Both the position numbers and the translations under genes were made by a program. The notes beneath the pieces were generated by a model. That model did no database searches. It saw only the letters and a list, made by a program, of their open reading frames with translations, and was not told the DNA's origin. Below, piece by piece: positions 9,246 through 17,757 of a stretch of DNA of 39,062 nucleotides (position 1 is its first letter; each line of letters begins with the position of its first letter). This DNA is from a virus (lineage: Duplodnaviria; Caudoviricetes), in IMG/VR virus record IMGVR_UViG_3300027820_000018, positions 1 to 39,062 of that record. The stretch is one strand, 5' to 3'.

Positions 9246-9442
9246 TCGCCACATCACGCTTCGCAGCGGCTTAGGCAATGCGCTAGCTTATCTGCGCTAT
9301 AGCAATCACCTCCGGTTAGATGGTGATTCTTCGTCACAGGGTGCTGTGATGTTAGGTATACGCGCCGTGTTAATGTTAAGTAAGACCCACGACAGTCAAG
9401 CATTAACCCCGAAATAAGGGTATCAGGTGGCGCGTATTCGAC

Positions 9443-9557
9443 TGGTGACTGGCTGGGATTCGAACCCGTTATCCAGACTTGCGCATCAGTGGGTTATCAT
9501 CCCTACCGAAATTTATTTGGCGTGATTAAAGCCGTTGCTCAAGTCGTCCAATCACCA
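9443..9557 (-). ncRNA. tRNA-like structured RNA candidate (acceptor-like stem plus T-loop, non-canonical body)
   Basis: Minus strand TGGTGATTGG...GGGTTCGAATCCC-AG-CCAGTCACCA; internal stem GACTTGAGC/GCGCAAGTC. Confidence 0.4.
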
Positions 9558-9966
9558 TGCTAATACGCCCTGCTTTTGGCCGGAGCAGGAACCAGGAACC
9601 CTCTGTCGCCATCGGCGGGCCTACCGACTTTATCCGGGATAGCTGATACCCCTGACTTGCACATTACTGGGTAAGAAAAGAAGGAGCCTAATCTTTAACC
9701 ACGGGGTGCGAACCCGTTTTTCAGTCCGCATTTCAGCGGCGGCATGTGCCAGACCTGATAAATTTAATGGAGTGGCCACTGGTGTGTTTGTGTGGCTTGC
9801 CGCGTCAAAAGGCACTCATAGACGACTATTTTCAGGTATCACGGATTTCTCTAACCTTCAATTTGGTGCGCATCACCACTACGCCCTCACTCCATAAGCA
9901 AATAGTAGCAAAGCCACGGAACGGCGCACCTTGTATTGTGTAAGGAAGTGTCAAGATGCGTAGGCA

Positions 9967-9990
9967 TAAAAAAGCCCGGACGTACCGGGC
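9967..9990 (-). terminator. Rho-independent terminator
   Basis: GCCCGG-TACGT-CCGGGC-TTTTTT on the minus strand, downstream of 10029..10721. Confidence 0.8.
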
Positions 9991-10028
9991 AAAGAGTTAC
10001 GGAGTCACGAAAACCCCAAGGCATGATG

Positions 10029-10721
10029 TCAGTCTTCAGGGTTGCTGGCAAGCTCTTGCGCTCTGATTGCGCTGGCTACGATGTCTTTCATGTCCTGATC
10101 CAGTGTTTTGTGGCCGCGCTCTCCAGGTTGCAACGCCTTCTTTATCAGGTGCTGTAGTGCTGGGTTTTCTACCTTCCACGCTTTCAGCACATCGTAAACA
10201 TCAACCCAGACCCCCGGAGCAATTTCCCGGTGGTACTTGCTTTTCTTTGGCTTGAACGCAACATCACGCGGGTCGTATTCAGGCGGCGGTATGTCGTAAT
10301 GCTCGCCATCGTTGCCGTTCTGCCCGATAGCGTCGGCGCGTTGTTCGGGCCAGTCTTCGGCGCGACATAGCTTAAATCTTTTGCATATCAACATGCCGTC
10401 AATGCCTCTAGCGCCCCAGTCGAATAAAGACGCTTGGACTGTCATCGACCCACCGATAGAATTGCTTAGCTCTATAATGACCATGTCATCCGGCAATACA
10501 GGACACTCCCCGCCGTTGTGGTCTATCCAGTCGTAGAGCGGGCTGAAGTCGATGCCCTTTGTTATTGATGCCGTGTGATCGTTTGTAGCATTTGACAAGA
10601 GCCAACCCTCATTCCAGAACTGCCAGCCCGTACCTTCGAGCTTATAGAATCCGGTCAGCTCGCCAGAATGAGTCGCCCCAACCCGATGCGCAAAAAGCAG
10701 CTGCTCAGTTGTTAGTTTCAT
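10029..10721 (-). CDS. Multi-domain hypothetical phage protein
   Basis: WIDHNGGECPV segment plus a C-terminal VDVYDVLKAW...HLIKKAL.PG.RGHK domain typical of phage proteins. Confidence 0.75.
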   Translation of the reverse strand: MKLTTEQLLFAHRVGATHSGELTGFYKLEGTGWQFWNEGWLLSNATNDHTASITKGIDFSPLYDWIDHNGGECPVLPDDMVIIELSNSIGGSMTVQASLFDWGARGIDGMLICKRFKLCRAEDWPEQRADAIGQNGNDGEHYDIPPPEYDPRDVAFKPKKSKYHREIAPGVWVDVYDVLKAWKVENPALQHLIKKALQPGERGHKTLDQDMKDIVASAIRAQELASNPED

Positions 10722-10926
10722 TTCCGCAATCCTCGTTCAGATAATTCTCGTGCCCTCGCACATGTTCGATTGGCAGGTGCTTTGTAGCCTCATGCAACGC
10801 AACGCCAGCGCAGTACAACTCCTTCGACTTAACCGCAATGCGCTTATCCGTGTCCTGGTCATAGCATGACAGCGTGGTCAGGCCGACCACGAGAAAGCAC
10901 AGGATTATGATTGTTGATGGTTTCAC
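10705..10926 (-). CDS. Small exported/membrane protein (possible lipoprotein)
   Basis: MKPSTIIILCFLVVGLTTLSC signal-like N-terminus. Confidence 0.55.
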   Translation of the reverse strand: MKPSTIIILCFLVVGLTTLSCYDQDTDKRIAVKSKELYCAGVALHEATKHLPIEHVRGHENYLNEDCGNETNN

Positions 10927-11210
10927 TTGCTCTGCTCCTTAACAATCCTCACAACCGCGTCGTAAAACGCGCTTTCTTCACCTTCTTTGACGCCTTTCAT
11001 ATACTCAATAAGCGCCGCGTCCATAGCATCCAAATCCGCCTCTGTTGCGTTATCGTGGAATACTGACATCAAAGCCATTGGGTCATCGTTCAACGCACAC
11101 TGAACCGCGTGCTCAGCGTCCGCCGTTGTCTGTTCGTCCTTCTGCATTGCGCGTTCCTCATCGTCAGTGATTCTCATGTGTTCCTGCCAGTCGTTTCCGT
11201 TGCGTGCCAT
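10923..11210 (-). CDS. Hypothetical acidic protein
   Basis: 95 aa; RBS aagggga; first gene after the promoter at 11254-11282. Confidence 0.65.
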   Translation of the reverse strand: MARNGNDWQEHMRITDDEERAMQKDEQTTADAEHAVQCALNDDPMALMSVFHDNATEADLDAMDAALIEYMKGVKEGEESAFYDAVVRIVKEQSK

Positions 11211-11253
11211 GCCATCCCCTTCCGGCTATGCCGTTGTTTGTTGGTGTGGGTAC

Positions 11254-11282
11254 ATAATGGGGTATAACCGGCTCAGTGTGAA
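11254..11282 (-). promoter_or_regulatory. Sigma70-like promoter with an AGCCGG motif in the spacer
   Basis: TTCACA-ctgagccggttataccc(17)-CATTAT; a second, inverted motif copy at about 11300-11307. Confidence 0.6.
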
Positions 11283-11324
11283 ATATCAATTATTCATTAG
11301 AGCCGGTGGCGTTATAGCTTTTGG

Positions 11325-11627
11325 TTATAGGTCTTCTTCTTTGACGAAAACCCCGTTACGCATTTCACCCTTGCGGTCTTTGATTTCGTTGTATGCCAGC
11401 TCTACCGCCTGCTGAAAATCAATTCCGAGTTGCGCGCAAAGAATGGTGAGAACCACAACAACGTCACCAACGCTATCTATGATGACTTCAGGCTTATTCT
11501 TTGCTATGCCGCCTGCTAGCTCGCCAGCCTCTTCAATCAACTTCAGCATTTGCGCCTGTGGCGTGGAGCCGTTAACCAGATTTCTGGCTTCTGCCCATTC
11601 TTCGATTTTGCGAATTGTCTCAATCAT
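11325..11627 (-). CDS. MazG-like nucleotide pyrophosphohydrolase
   Basis: WAEARNL, KLIEEAGEL, DSVGDVVV, AYNEIKDRKG...GVFVKE. Confidence 0.9.
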   Translation of the reverse strand: MIETIRKIEEWAEARNLVNGSTPQAQMLKLIEEAGELAGGIAKNKPEVIIDSVGDVVVVLTILCAQLGIDFQQAVELAYNEIKDRKGEMRNGVFVKEEDL

Positions 11628-11899
11628 TCGCCCTTCTCCTCCTGTTGCATCTTGTAAATCTTGCCGTTAATCCAGTTATTAAGCTGTAGAGCAAACATCG
11701 CTGTAATAAACCCTGCCGCGTAACTTCCTGACGGATCAGTTGTAGAAACAAGGCCGCCTGATGTTACAAGCTCGACAATCACAACGATGATGGAAGCAGG
11801 CACTACACAAGCCAGCACAGACAGGAAAAACACAACAAAATCAACAGCGTAGCCAGATAGCCCCTCTGGTTCGTATGAGTCTTTCTTGATGAGCCTCAT
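11624..11899 (-). CDS. Two-TM membrane protein
   Basis: Two hydrophobic stretches; coupled to neighbours. Confidence 0.6.
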   Translation of the reverse strand: MRLIKKDSYEPEGLSGYAVDFVVFFLSVLACVVPASIIVVIVELVTSGGLVSTTDPSGSYAAGFITAMFALQLNNWINGKIYKMQQEEKGE

Positions 11900-12123
11900 T
11901 ACTTAACCCTCCATACTCGCAGGCCGTCATCTACCAGCCTGCACGTGAATTTCTTTTCGGTTAGCTTGTTTCTGATTGATGCGTAACCTCTGACTGAGCA
12001 GTGGCTGCCACTACTCCATGGCACCATAAAAGAATCGCCAACCTCCAATTCGTCTATTGGGTATTTATATTCAGTGGTGCGTCCCTCTATAGGCACATTC
12101 TTCTCTATCGTGAATTTGCTCAT
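11899..12123 (-). CDS. Small putative DNA-binding phage protein
   Basis: IEKNVPI...KYPIDELEVGDSFMV...GLRVWRVK pattern. Confidence 0.75.
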   Translation of the reverse strand: MSKFTIEKNVPIEGRTTEYKYPIDELEVGDSFMVPWSSGSHCSVRGYASIRNKLTEKKFTCRLVDDGLRVWRVK

Positions 12124-12272
12124 TTATTCCTCACTCTATTATTCTGCGCCAGCTGCTCTGGCTCGTTTGGTTTAATCGGCACGCTTGGACTACACACGCA
12201 CCGCTTTTGGTTAATGCTGCTGAGAGTCACTAGGTTGTGACTCCCGCAGGTTGGGCATTTATCAGTAGACAT
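12120..12272 (-). CDS. Small zinc-ribbon protein (50 aa, MSTDKCPTCGSHNLVTLSSINQKRCVC...)
   Basis: Below cutoff; fills the gap between SSB and the next gene with overlaps; CxxC...CxC. Confidence 0.55.
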   Translation of the reverse strand: MSTDKCPTCGSHNLVTLSSINQKRCVCSPSVPIKPNEPEQLAQNNRVRNK

Positions 12273-12753
12273 TGCTTGGCACGCGAGCAAACGGAATATC
12301 GTCGTTAAACCCGCCCGTGCTGTCGCTATGCTGAGGCGCTTGCTGTCGTGCTACATTGCCCGGCTGCGCTGGCTGATAACCAGGCGGTGGCGCTGGTCGC
12401 TGTTGTTGCGGAGCCTGCTGCGCTGGCTGCTGGTTGCCGCCATCAGAAGCGAACTTGATAGAATCAATGCGGCCCGTCAGCTTGAAGCCTTGAGACTGGT
12501 CATTCTTTGTGAACGTCTCAATATGTAAGTCAGATGCGGTGAAGAAAATCTGCTTACCCTTCAACAGGTACGGTGCCAGCGCCTCGGCTTGCTTGCCCCA
12601 TAGTGTCAGGTCATACCACTGCGTAGGCTTGTTCCCGTCCTGCCCCTTACGGCCATAATCAACAGCCACGGCAATATTGCAAACCGCCGTGCCGTCTTGT
12701 GTGTATCTCAGTTCTGTGTCACGGCCCAAACGGCCAAAGTCTGATACAGGCAT
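12262..12753 (-). CDS. ssb: Single-stranded DNA-binding protein
   Basis: GRLGRDTELRYT, LWGKQAE, Gln/Pro linker, DDIPF near the C-terminus. Confidence 0.95.
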   Translation of the reverse strand: MPVSDFGRLGRDTELRYTQDGTAVCNIAVAVDYGRKGQDGNKPTQWYDLTLWGKQAEALAPYLLKGKQIFFTASDLHIETFTKNDQSQGFKLTGRIDSIKFASDGGNQQPAQQAPQQQRPAPPPGYQPAQPGNVARQQAPQHSDSTGGFNDDIPFARVPSNVY

Positions 12754-13424
12754 TACAATTCCTCTTTCTGTTTAATGCCATCCCATGCAATGCCGAATGA
12801 TTCCAGCAATACACGGTCTAGCTGATTAACGAACGCCATAACGCGGCGCTCTAGGTTTTCGATAAACTTATCATCACGCTCAATGCGTTGGATGAATAAC
12901 CGGCCATCACCGTCTATGCGCGGGTCAAAGCTGATGAAGTCACACCACCGGCGGCCATTAATCCAGAGATTTCCCTGCACCTGTGCAATGTGTTCCTTCG
13001 GCATTTCGCCAGCCACTACGGTGCGAACGTGGTTCACAGAGTTGAACGGGCACTTGATTTCAATCATTCCGTCATCGTCCACCAGTCCGTCCGGGCTTGC
13101 GCCGATTTTCCGCGACTCGTGCAGGAAAAACCCGGTTTCCGTCACGTTGTTATCCGTCATTATCTCATATTCGAGACGGGCCAGAGGTTCGTATTGGTGG
13201 CCCCAGTCAGTAGCCGCAGAAGAAAACGACGGCGCTTCATCCGTTAGAATCATGCTCACAAGCTCGTATAAGTACGTTTCAGCCGTTTGCGATAGCTTTC
13301 CGGACTCTTTATCCGCTTTGCTCTTTGGCTCTGTCAGAACGTCTTTAAAGCGGCTGCCGGACACAATGCCAATGCGAGAGCGGAGCCATTCAGCGCCGCC
13401 CTGCTCAAGTTGCAATTCAATCAT
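12753..13424 (-). CDS. YqaJ/lambda-exonuclease family nuclease
   Basis: QGGAEWL, WGHQYEP, GASPDGL, IEIKCP, QVQGNLW, WCDFISFDPR. Confidence 0.93.
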   Translation of the reverse strand: MIELQLEQGGAEWLRSRIGIVSGSRFKDVLTEPKSKADKESGKLSQTAETYLYELVSMILTDEAPSFSSAATDWGHQYEPLARLEYEIMTDNNVTETGFFLHESRKIGASPDGLVDDDGMIEIKCPFNSVNHVRTVVAGEMPKEHIAQVQGNLWINGRRWCDFISFDPRIDGDGRLFIQRIERDDKFIENLERRVMAFVNQLDRVLLESFGIAWDGIKQKEEL

Positions 13425-14121
13425 TCTTAGCCGCCTTTTTCTTGAGCATTGAAATAACTGACTGCGCGTCTTTCTTCAGAAGCTGGTTAAACGCTTCAAT
13501 CTGGCAATTAGCCGCGCCGCAAATCCACGCCATAACCTTCTCACGGTCAGAGCTGGTCTCCTGAATCAGGTTCTCAATCTGCAACACTTGGTCAACCGTC
13601 GCCCATTCCTGCATGGCCTGACCGGCTAGACGGGCGTCTGAGTCCTGATCAGCTGTAACGATACCCATTGCCCCGGTGAATGAATATCGGCGCAGGTAGG
13701 TGATTGTAGAGCCGATGGCCTGCACTGAGTTCTTACTGCCTGACGTGTCTGCCGTTGCGGTTACGGTTGTGCGCTCTGAGTGGCCGGATAGGTGAGTGAT
13801 AACACAAGTCACCGTGATGTTTTTCTCATCCTGATTCTGTTCAAAGCGATAAGACAGACCGCAATCAGTCATTGTGCCTTTAACTTGCGCAATGATGTCT
13901 TCAAGCGGCGCGTATTTGTAGTTGTGACCCTGTTTCAATGAAACGATAGCCGGACAGTTATTCTGAAACCGAGCCATTGCGCCGATAAAATCCGCCTTCG
14001 CATTGCGGTCTGCAATCTGAGTTTGCATTGTCAGCATACGCTCAAGGACGCCAATATCCCCGGATTCCATAGCCTTTGCTATGAGCTGGTTTGTGTCGAT
14101 TGTTGCCAGTTGATTACTCAT
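13417..14121 (-). CDS. ERF-family single-strand annealing protein
   Basis: YKYAPLEDI, HLSGHSE, QAIGSTITYLRRY, DQDSDA. Confidence 0.9.
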   Translation of the reverse strand: MSNQLATIDTNQLIAKAMESGDIGVLERMLTMQTQIADRNAKADFIGAMARFQNNCPAIVSLKQGHNYKYAPLEDIIAQVKGTMTDCGLSYRFEQNQDEKNITVTCVITHLSGHSERTTVTATADTSGSKNSVQAIGSTITYLRRYSFTGAMGIVTADQDSDARLAGQAMQEWATVDQVLQIENLIQETSSDREKVMAWICGAANCQIEAFNQLLKKDAQSVISMLKKKAAKND

Positions 14122-14334
14122 ATCAATTCCCCTTATTAGTCAGCTCAGTATATATAACCGGCTCACAGTGTCGCGGTGTTAATCGTAAAGAATCGTAAAG
14201 CGAATAAATGGAGCTAGTGCTAGCTACCCTTATTGCTATCTAGGTGGCTTTACACTTCTTTACACTTCTATCCTAGCAATGACCGGCTCAGTTGGTAATA
14301 TGAACTCATCAAACAACGACGCGGAGAAAGACAA
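14122..14334. promoter_or_regulatory. Divergent early control region
   Basis: Leftward GCGACA-16-TATACT and rightward TAATAT -10, each with ACCGGCTCA next to it; tandem 10-mers at 14181-14200 and 14248-14267; central palindrome AGCTAG-TG-CTAGCT. Confidence 0.6.
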
Positions 14335-14535
14335 ATGAACAAAGTAATCGTAACCACGAGCGACTTCTTCACTGGCGAAATCGTAAAACGCGAAATCTGC
14401 GCAAGCAACGCAACAATGTACGCACCGACAGTTACTGACGCGCTTATCGAAAGAAACCTTAATGAATGGATAACAAACCGCGCCGAGCCTCAACACGGAA
14501 CATCCTTCAACCTCGTGTCGTGGGAATTCATTTGA
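14335..14535 (+). CDS. Hypothetical protein
   Basis: RBS ggag; first rightward gene. Confidence 0.65.
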   Translation: MNKVIVTTSDFFTGEIVKREICASNATMYAPTVTDALIERNLNEWITNRAEPQHGTSFNLVSWEFI

Positions 14536-14735
14536 ATCAGGGAAAATGCTGCGACAGTCCAGCCGTGAAGGACTTGTCGCAAGGGCTTGGCAGTGAGCGG
14601 CATCTTTACTGCTCAAAGTGCAAGGCGCACACATGGCGCGGCAAGTTCTACAGCCAGAAAGACTGGGAAGCATGGATAAACGGAGAAGATGATGAAAGTA
14701 ACGCTTTTTTACTGTCACAAGACAGGCAAGTTTGA
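14532..14735 (+). CDS. Small Cys/His protein, paralogue 1
   Basis: CC...KDLSQGLG..RHLYC..CKAHTWRG; TTG start overlapping the upstream stop is inferred. Confidence 0.6.
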   Translation: MNQGKCCDSPAVKDLSQGLGSERHLYCSKCKAHTWRGKFYSQKDWEAWINGEDDESNAFLLSQDRQV

Positions 14736-14820
14736 AAACCTAGAAACAGGGAGCCTTTACAGCGTTTCATCGGTTCAGGCATTGCGGGCCGCTGGGTTCG
14801 ATGTGGATATTGAATACTAA
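14689..14820 (+). CDS. Small hypothetical protein (43 aa, MMKVTLFYCHKTGKFEN...)
   Basis: RBS ggag; below cutoff. Confidence 0.5.
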   Translation: MMKVTLFYCHKTGKFENLETGSLYSVSSVQALRAAGFDVDIEY

Positions 14821-14858
14821 CACCAACCAGCCCGCTCCGGAGGGCAAGGGAGAAAGCT

Positions 14859-15065
14859 ATGAAACTTACAAAAGCCGAACTGAAAACGCTGAAAGAAATT
14901 TCCAGCTACACTCGCGCTCCGACAGCGACACGAAGAGGATACAGTGAACTGTGGACTCAAAAGACAAACGAAAAGCTATCAAGTAAAGGGCTTGTTAAGT
15001 TTATGAATGGAAGCGTAGTTATCACAAATGAAGGGATTACGGCGCTGGAGGAAAATGCAAAATGA
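14859..15065 (+). CDS. Small winged-helix-like protein
   Basis: MKLTKAELKTL...KLSSKGLV...ITNEGITAL. Confidence 0.6.
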   Translation: MKLTKAELKTLKEISSYTRAPTATRRGYSELWTQKTNEKLSSKGLVKFMNGSVVITNEGITALEENAK

Positions 15066-15430
15066 ACAACAAAGACTTACCGGCTATGCCTATTCCATTG
15101 ACAGATGGGCAGGGCTTTAGCCATCACACTGAGGCGGACGGCCTAACCAAGCGTGAATACTTCGCAGCCCACGCGCCAGATATGCCGGAATGGTACAGAA
15201 TACACAACCGTTGCAGCATCCTGATGCCAGAGGATGTGCTTTCCGATGTTGAGCTGACCGACTATCAGGAGTATCGGAGGGGAAACTACGGTCACGAGCG
15301 ATACCATGAAGGCGAGAAAGCATCAATTCACTACAATGAGGAGTGCCGGAAGCACAATTACAAGGAAGCAATGCGGGTTTTTGCTGAATGGCGCTGGCAC
15401 TACGCAGACATGATGCTGGAGGGTGAGTGA
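15062..15430 (+). CDS. Conserved hypothetical phage protein
   Basis: PAMP...GLTKREYFAAHA...YADMML family pattern. Confidence 0.75.
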   Translation: MNNKDLPAMPIPLTDGQGFSHHTEADGLTKREYFAAHAPDMPEWYRIHNRCSILMPEDVLSDVELTDYQEYRRGNYGHERYHEGEKASIHYNEECRKHNYKEAMRVFAEWRWHYADMMLEGE

Positions 15431-15825
15431 TGAGAGAGGTTAAGTTTAGAGCGTGGAGCAAATCAAGTGAGAGATTCCACGAATGGAAAGATATTCAACA
15501 TCTTCACATTCATACGGTATTCAATATGTGCAGTGACACTCTGGTGATTGAGCAATACACCGGCCTGAAAGACTGTGACGGCGTTGAGATTTACGAGGGG
15601 GATATTGTTAGGTCGGAGCACTTTATTGATCTTGACGGAGAGCAGCACTATGTCCGACACACTTGTGAGTGGTCAAATAAGTATTCAGGTTGGTATTTTA
15701 GAAATAATGCCGAATCGTTTGATGGAGACGGGGGGCTTCAAGCATTTGTAATGATGAAGTTTTTGAACGCGCGGAAAATTAAAATCATCGGCAACATCCA
15801 TCAGAACCCGGAGCTAATCAAATGA
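15427..15825 (+). CDS. YopX-family protein
   Basis: REVKFRAW, QYTGLKDCDGVEIYEGDIV, IIGNIHQNPEL. Confidence 0.92.
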   Translation: MMREVKFRAWSKSSERFHEWKDIQHLHIHTVFNMCSDTLVIEQYTGLKDCDGVEIYEGDIVRSEHFIDLDGEQHYVRHTCEWSNKYSGWYFRNNAESFDGDGGLQAFVMMKFLNARKIKIIGNIHQNPELIK

Positions 15826-16013
15826 CCAACGCAGCAAAGAACACGCAGAACTACCGCAAGCGCCTGCCTGAAAAGGGCCTATGCCGTGCAAATCCGATTG
15901 TGCCTACCGAGCGCAGAACCGAGCTAAACGAGGTTGCCCGATATATGCGGGACAATCCCGGTATTGAACTAATGGAAATCGCCCGGAGGATGGCGGAGGA
16001 GTGGGATAAGTGA
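15822..16013 (+). CDS. Small putative DNA-binding (RHH-like) protein
   Basis: NAAKNTQNYRKRLPEKGL pattern. Confidence 0.5.
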   Translation: MTNAAKNTQNYRKRLPEKGLCRANPIVPTERRTELNEVARYMRDNPGIELMEIARRMAEEWDK

Positions 16014-16192
16014 ATCAGGCTCTGATAGACCACTGCAACAGCGTGGGCAAAGACAAGCACGGCCTTACCGACTGCCGAAACTGCCCTGCCGGTGTTCGTG
16101 CGGAGTGTTTCAAGCAGGTGCCACTGACGTATCAGGCAATAGCAGAGAAAGAGGAACGGATGAATGAACTGCTGCAACAATCCGCAGATTAA
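16010..16192 (+). CDS. Small Cys-rich hypothetical protein
   Basis: 60 aa; C..CP....C; coupled start. Confidence 0.5.
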   Translation: MNQALIDHCNSVGKDKHGLTDCRNCPAGVRAECFKQVPLTYQAIAEKEERMNELLQQSAD

Positions 16193-16313
16193 AGACCTGT
16201 CGCAAGGTCTGGGCGAACTCCGGCACCTTTACTGTGCGATCTGTAAGGCGCATACATGGCGCGGAGTGTTCTACACACGGCAGGAGTGGGATAACTGGAT
16301 AAATGAGGGCTAG
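16164..16313 (+). CDS. Small Cys/His protein, paralogue 2 (49 aa)
   Basis: MNCCNNPQIKDLSQGLGELRHLYCAICKAHTWRGVFYTRQEWDNWINEG; clearly homologous to 14532..14735. Confidence 0.7.
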   Translation: MNCCNNPQIKDLSQGLGELRHLYCAICKAHTWRGVFYTRQEWDNWINEG

Positions 16314-16315
16314 AA

Positions 16316-16649
16316 ATGATTACAGGCGGCTTCGGCTACACTCTGGACATCGAAAGCGGCCTAGTACGCCGCTGGTATATCGACCGTAACGGCGTTAAAC
16401 GCTGGGTACACAATAAGAAGGAAGTTAAATGAAAATCGCAATCTACATAGACACCGACAACCAGAAGGACATCGAAGAAGCAAAGCGTGTGATTGCTGAA
16501 CTGGAGAAGGGGAAGAAGAGCAAATGACAAGAAACGCTGTAGCTGGATTCCTTGCGGGTGCTGCCGTTGCCGCCTCTCATAGCGGTATGCAATCACTGGC
16601 TTATCCTGCTGCTATTCTGGCTATAGTGATTCTGTTTTCCGATCACTAA
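16316..16649 (+). CDS. Three coupled mini-ORFs: 16316-16432 (38 aa), 16429-16527 (32 aa), 16524-16649 (41 aa, hydrophobic)
   Basis: ATGA overlaps and purine-rich RBSs. Confidence 0.5.
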
Positions 16650-16653
16650 CCCA

Positions 16654-16681
16654 TTGCCCGCCGTAGCTGGCGTGGTATAAT
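16654..16681 (+). promoter_or_regulatory. Promoter for the replication genes
   Basis: TTGCCC-16-TATAAT with extended -10 TG. Confidence 0.6.
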
Positions 16682-16794
16682 CAATGTGCGGCTAGGGGTA
16701 TACATCAGACCGGCCAGTCTGTCCCTGAAGCCTTCCGTCCTTGGGCGTGCCGCATATCATTTCAAAGGGCGCACAATCTAAAGGACACATACCA

Positions 16795-17757
16795 ATGAGC
16801 ATGCTACTCATGGTTGCCGCTATGAAAGCTAAGATAGGCAACCCGACCCGCAAGTTAGTTCTTATCAAACTGGCAGACAATGCAAACGATGAAGGAATTT
16901 GCTGGCCTTCTTACCGCCATGTTGCTGACCACTGCGAAGTAGACCGAAAGACGGTTATCCGCCATGTTCAGTGGCTGGAAGATAATAAATTCCTTACCAA
17001 GCAGTACCGAAAAGACGACGAGCGCGGCAATAAATCAAACGTCTACCGCGTTGATATAGCTGGTGGCGTTGCGTACCTAGGGTTACAGAATGCCCACCCT
17101 AGTACCACAGAGTCACCAGCCCCTAGTACCACAGAGTCACCCAGAACCAGTAACTCTTTTGAACCTTCCAGTGAACCAGTCACTTCTATGTCGCCTACCG
17201 GCTCCGCGTGTTCTGTTTGTGGTGGTAGTGCTTTTATCAGTCAGATGAACCTATCAACACAGCGCAGAGAGATACATCACTGCCACCACTGCAACGGCAC
17301 AGGCAAAGAACCAACCTGTAACGCTGGCTTACCAGTTCCAACCGTCAAGGAATCCTTGACAGTTGAACAACCGCCAAAGGCTGATAAACCGCTAAACGTA
17401 CCGTTTGACGACTTCTGGAACCTGTACAACAAAAAAGTGGGCCGGAAGAAATCAGAGGCCAAGTGGAAGCGCCTAAGCAACAAAGACCGGGCGTCAATCA
17501 TGGAACACCTGCCGAACTACATCCGCAACACTCCTGATGTTCAGTACCGGAAGAACCCGGAAACCTACCTGAACAACGAAAGCTGGAATGATGAGCTTCC
17601 GAACATGGGTAAACCTAAGCGCCCTGACTACCCAGAGAACCAAGGCGTTGACAAATCTATACACACCAAACAGATGACTGGTTTGGCGTCTGAGCTAACA
17701 TCAGAGCAACGAAAAGCGGCGTCAGACCGTATCAGAAAGATGATGGAGAAGGAATAA
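16795..17757 (+). CDS. Replication initiator (N-terminal HTH) with an internal CxxC/CxxCxGxG insert
   Basis: KLVLIKLADNANDEGICWPS; C-terminal FDDFWNLY...NPETYLNNESWNDE; directly upstream of DnaB. Confidence 0.88.
   Translation: MSMLLMVAAMKAKIGNPTRKLVLIKLADNANDEGICWPSYRHVADHCEVDRKTVIRHVQWLEDNKFLTKQYRKDDERGNKSNVYRVDIAGGVAYLGLQNAHPSTTESPAPSTTESPRTSNSFEPSSEPVTSMSPTGSACSVCGGSAFISQMNLSTQRREIHHCHHCNGTGKEPTCNAGLPVPTVKESLTVEQPPKADKPLNVPFDDFWNLYNKKVGRKKSEAKWKRLSNKDRASIMEHLPNYIRNTPDVQYRKNPETYLNNESWNDELPNMGKPKRPDYPENQGVDKSIHTKQMTGLASELTSEQRKAASDRIRKMMEKE
17097..17141 (+). repeat. Two 21-bp direct repeats (iteron-like; probable origin)
   Basis: CCCTAGTACCACAGAGTCACC at 17097 and 17121, inside the initiator gene as in lambdoid origins. 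Confidence 0.7.

Noticed and set aside
9443-9557. Canonical tRNA or tmRNA
   Set aside because: No recognisable D or anticodon arm, a weak T-stem, and too short for tmRNA; kept only as a tRNA-like candidate.
11262-11317. GTATAAC...GTTATAG palindrome resembling a seventh attC site
   Set aside because: It lacks the 5-bp spacer, L-box bulge and GAC. The stem is better explained by two inverted AGCCGG motifs in a promoter, and no ORF stop lies in the core.
12883-13452. 189-aa antisense ORF and similar shadow ORFs (e.g. 7566-8084, 14260-14718, 30499-30975)
   Set aside because: They lie opposite well-supported genes and have no RBS or recognisable motifs.
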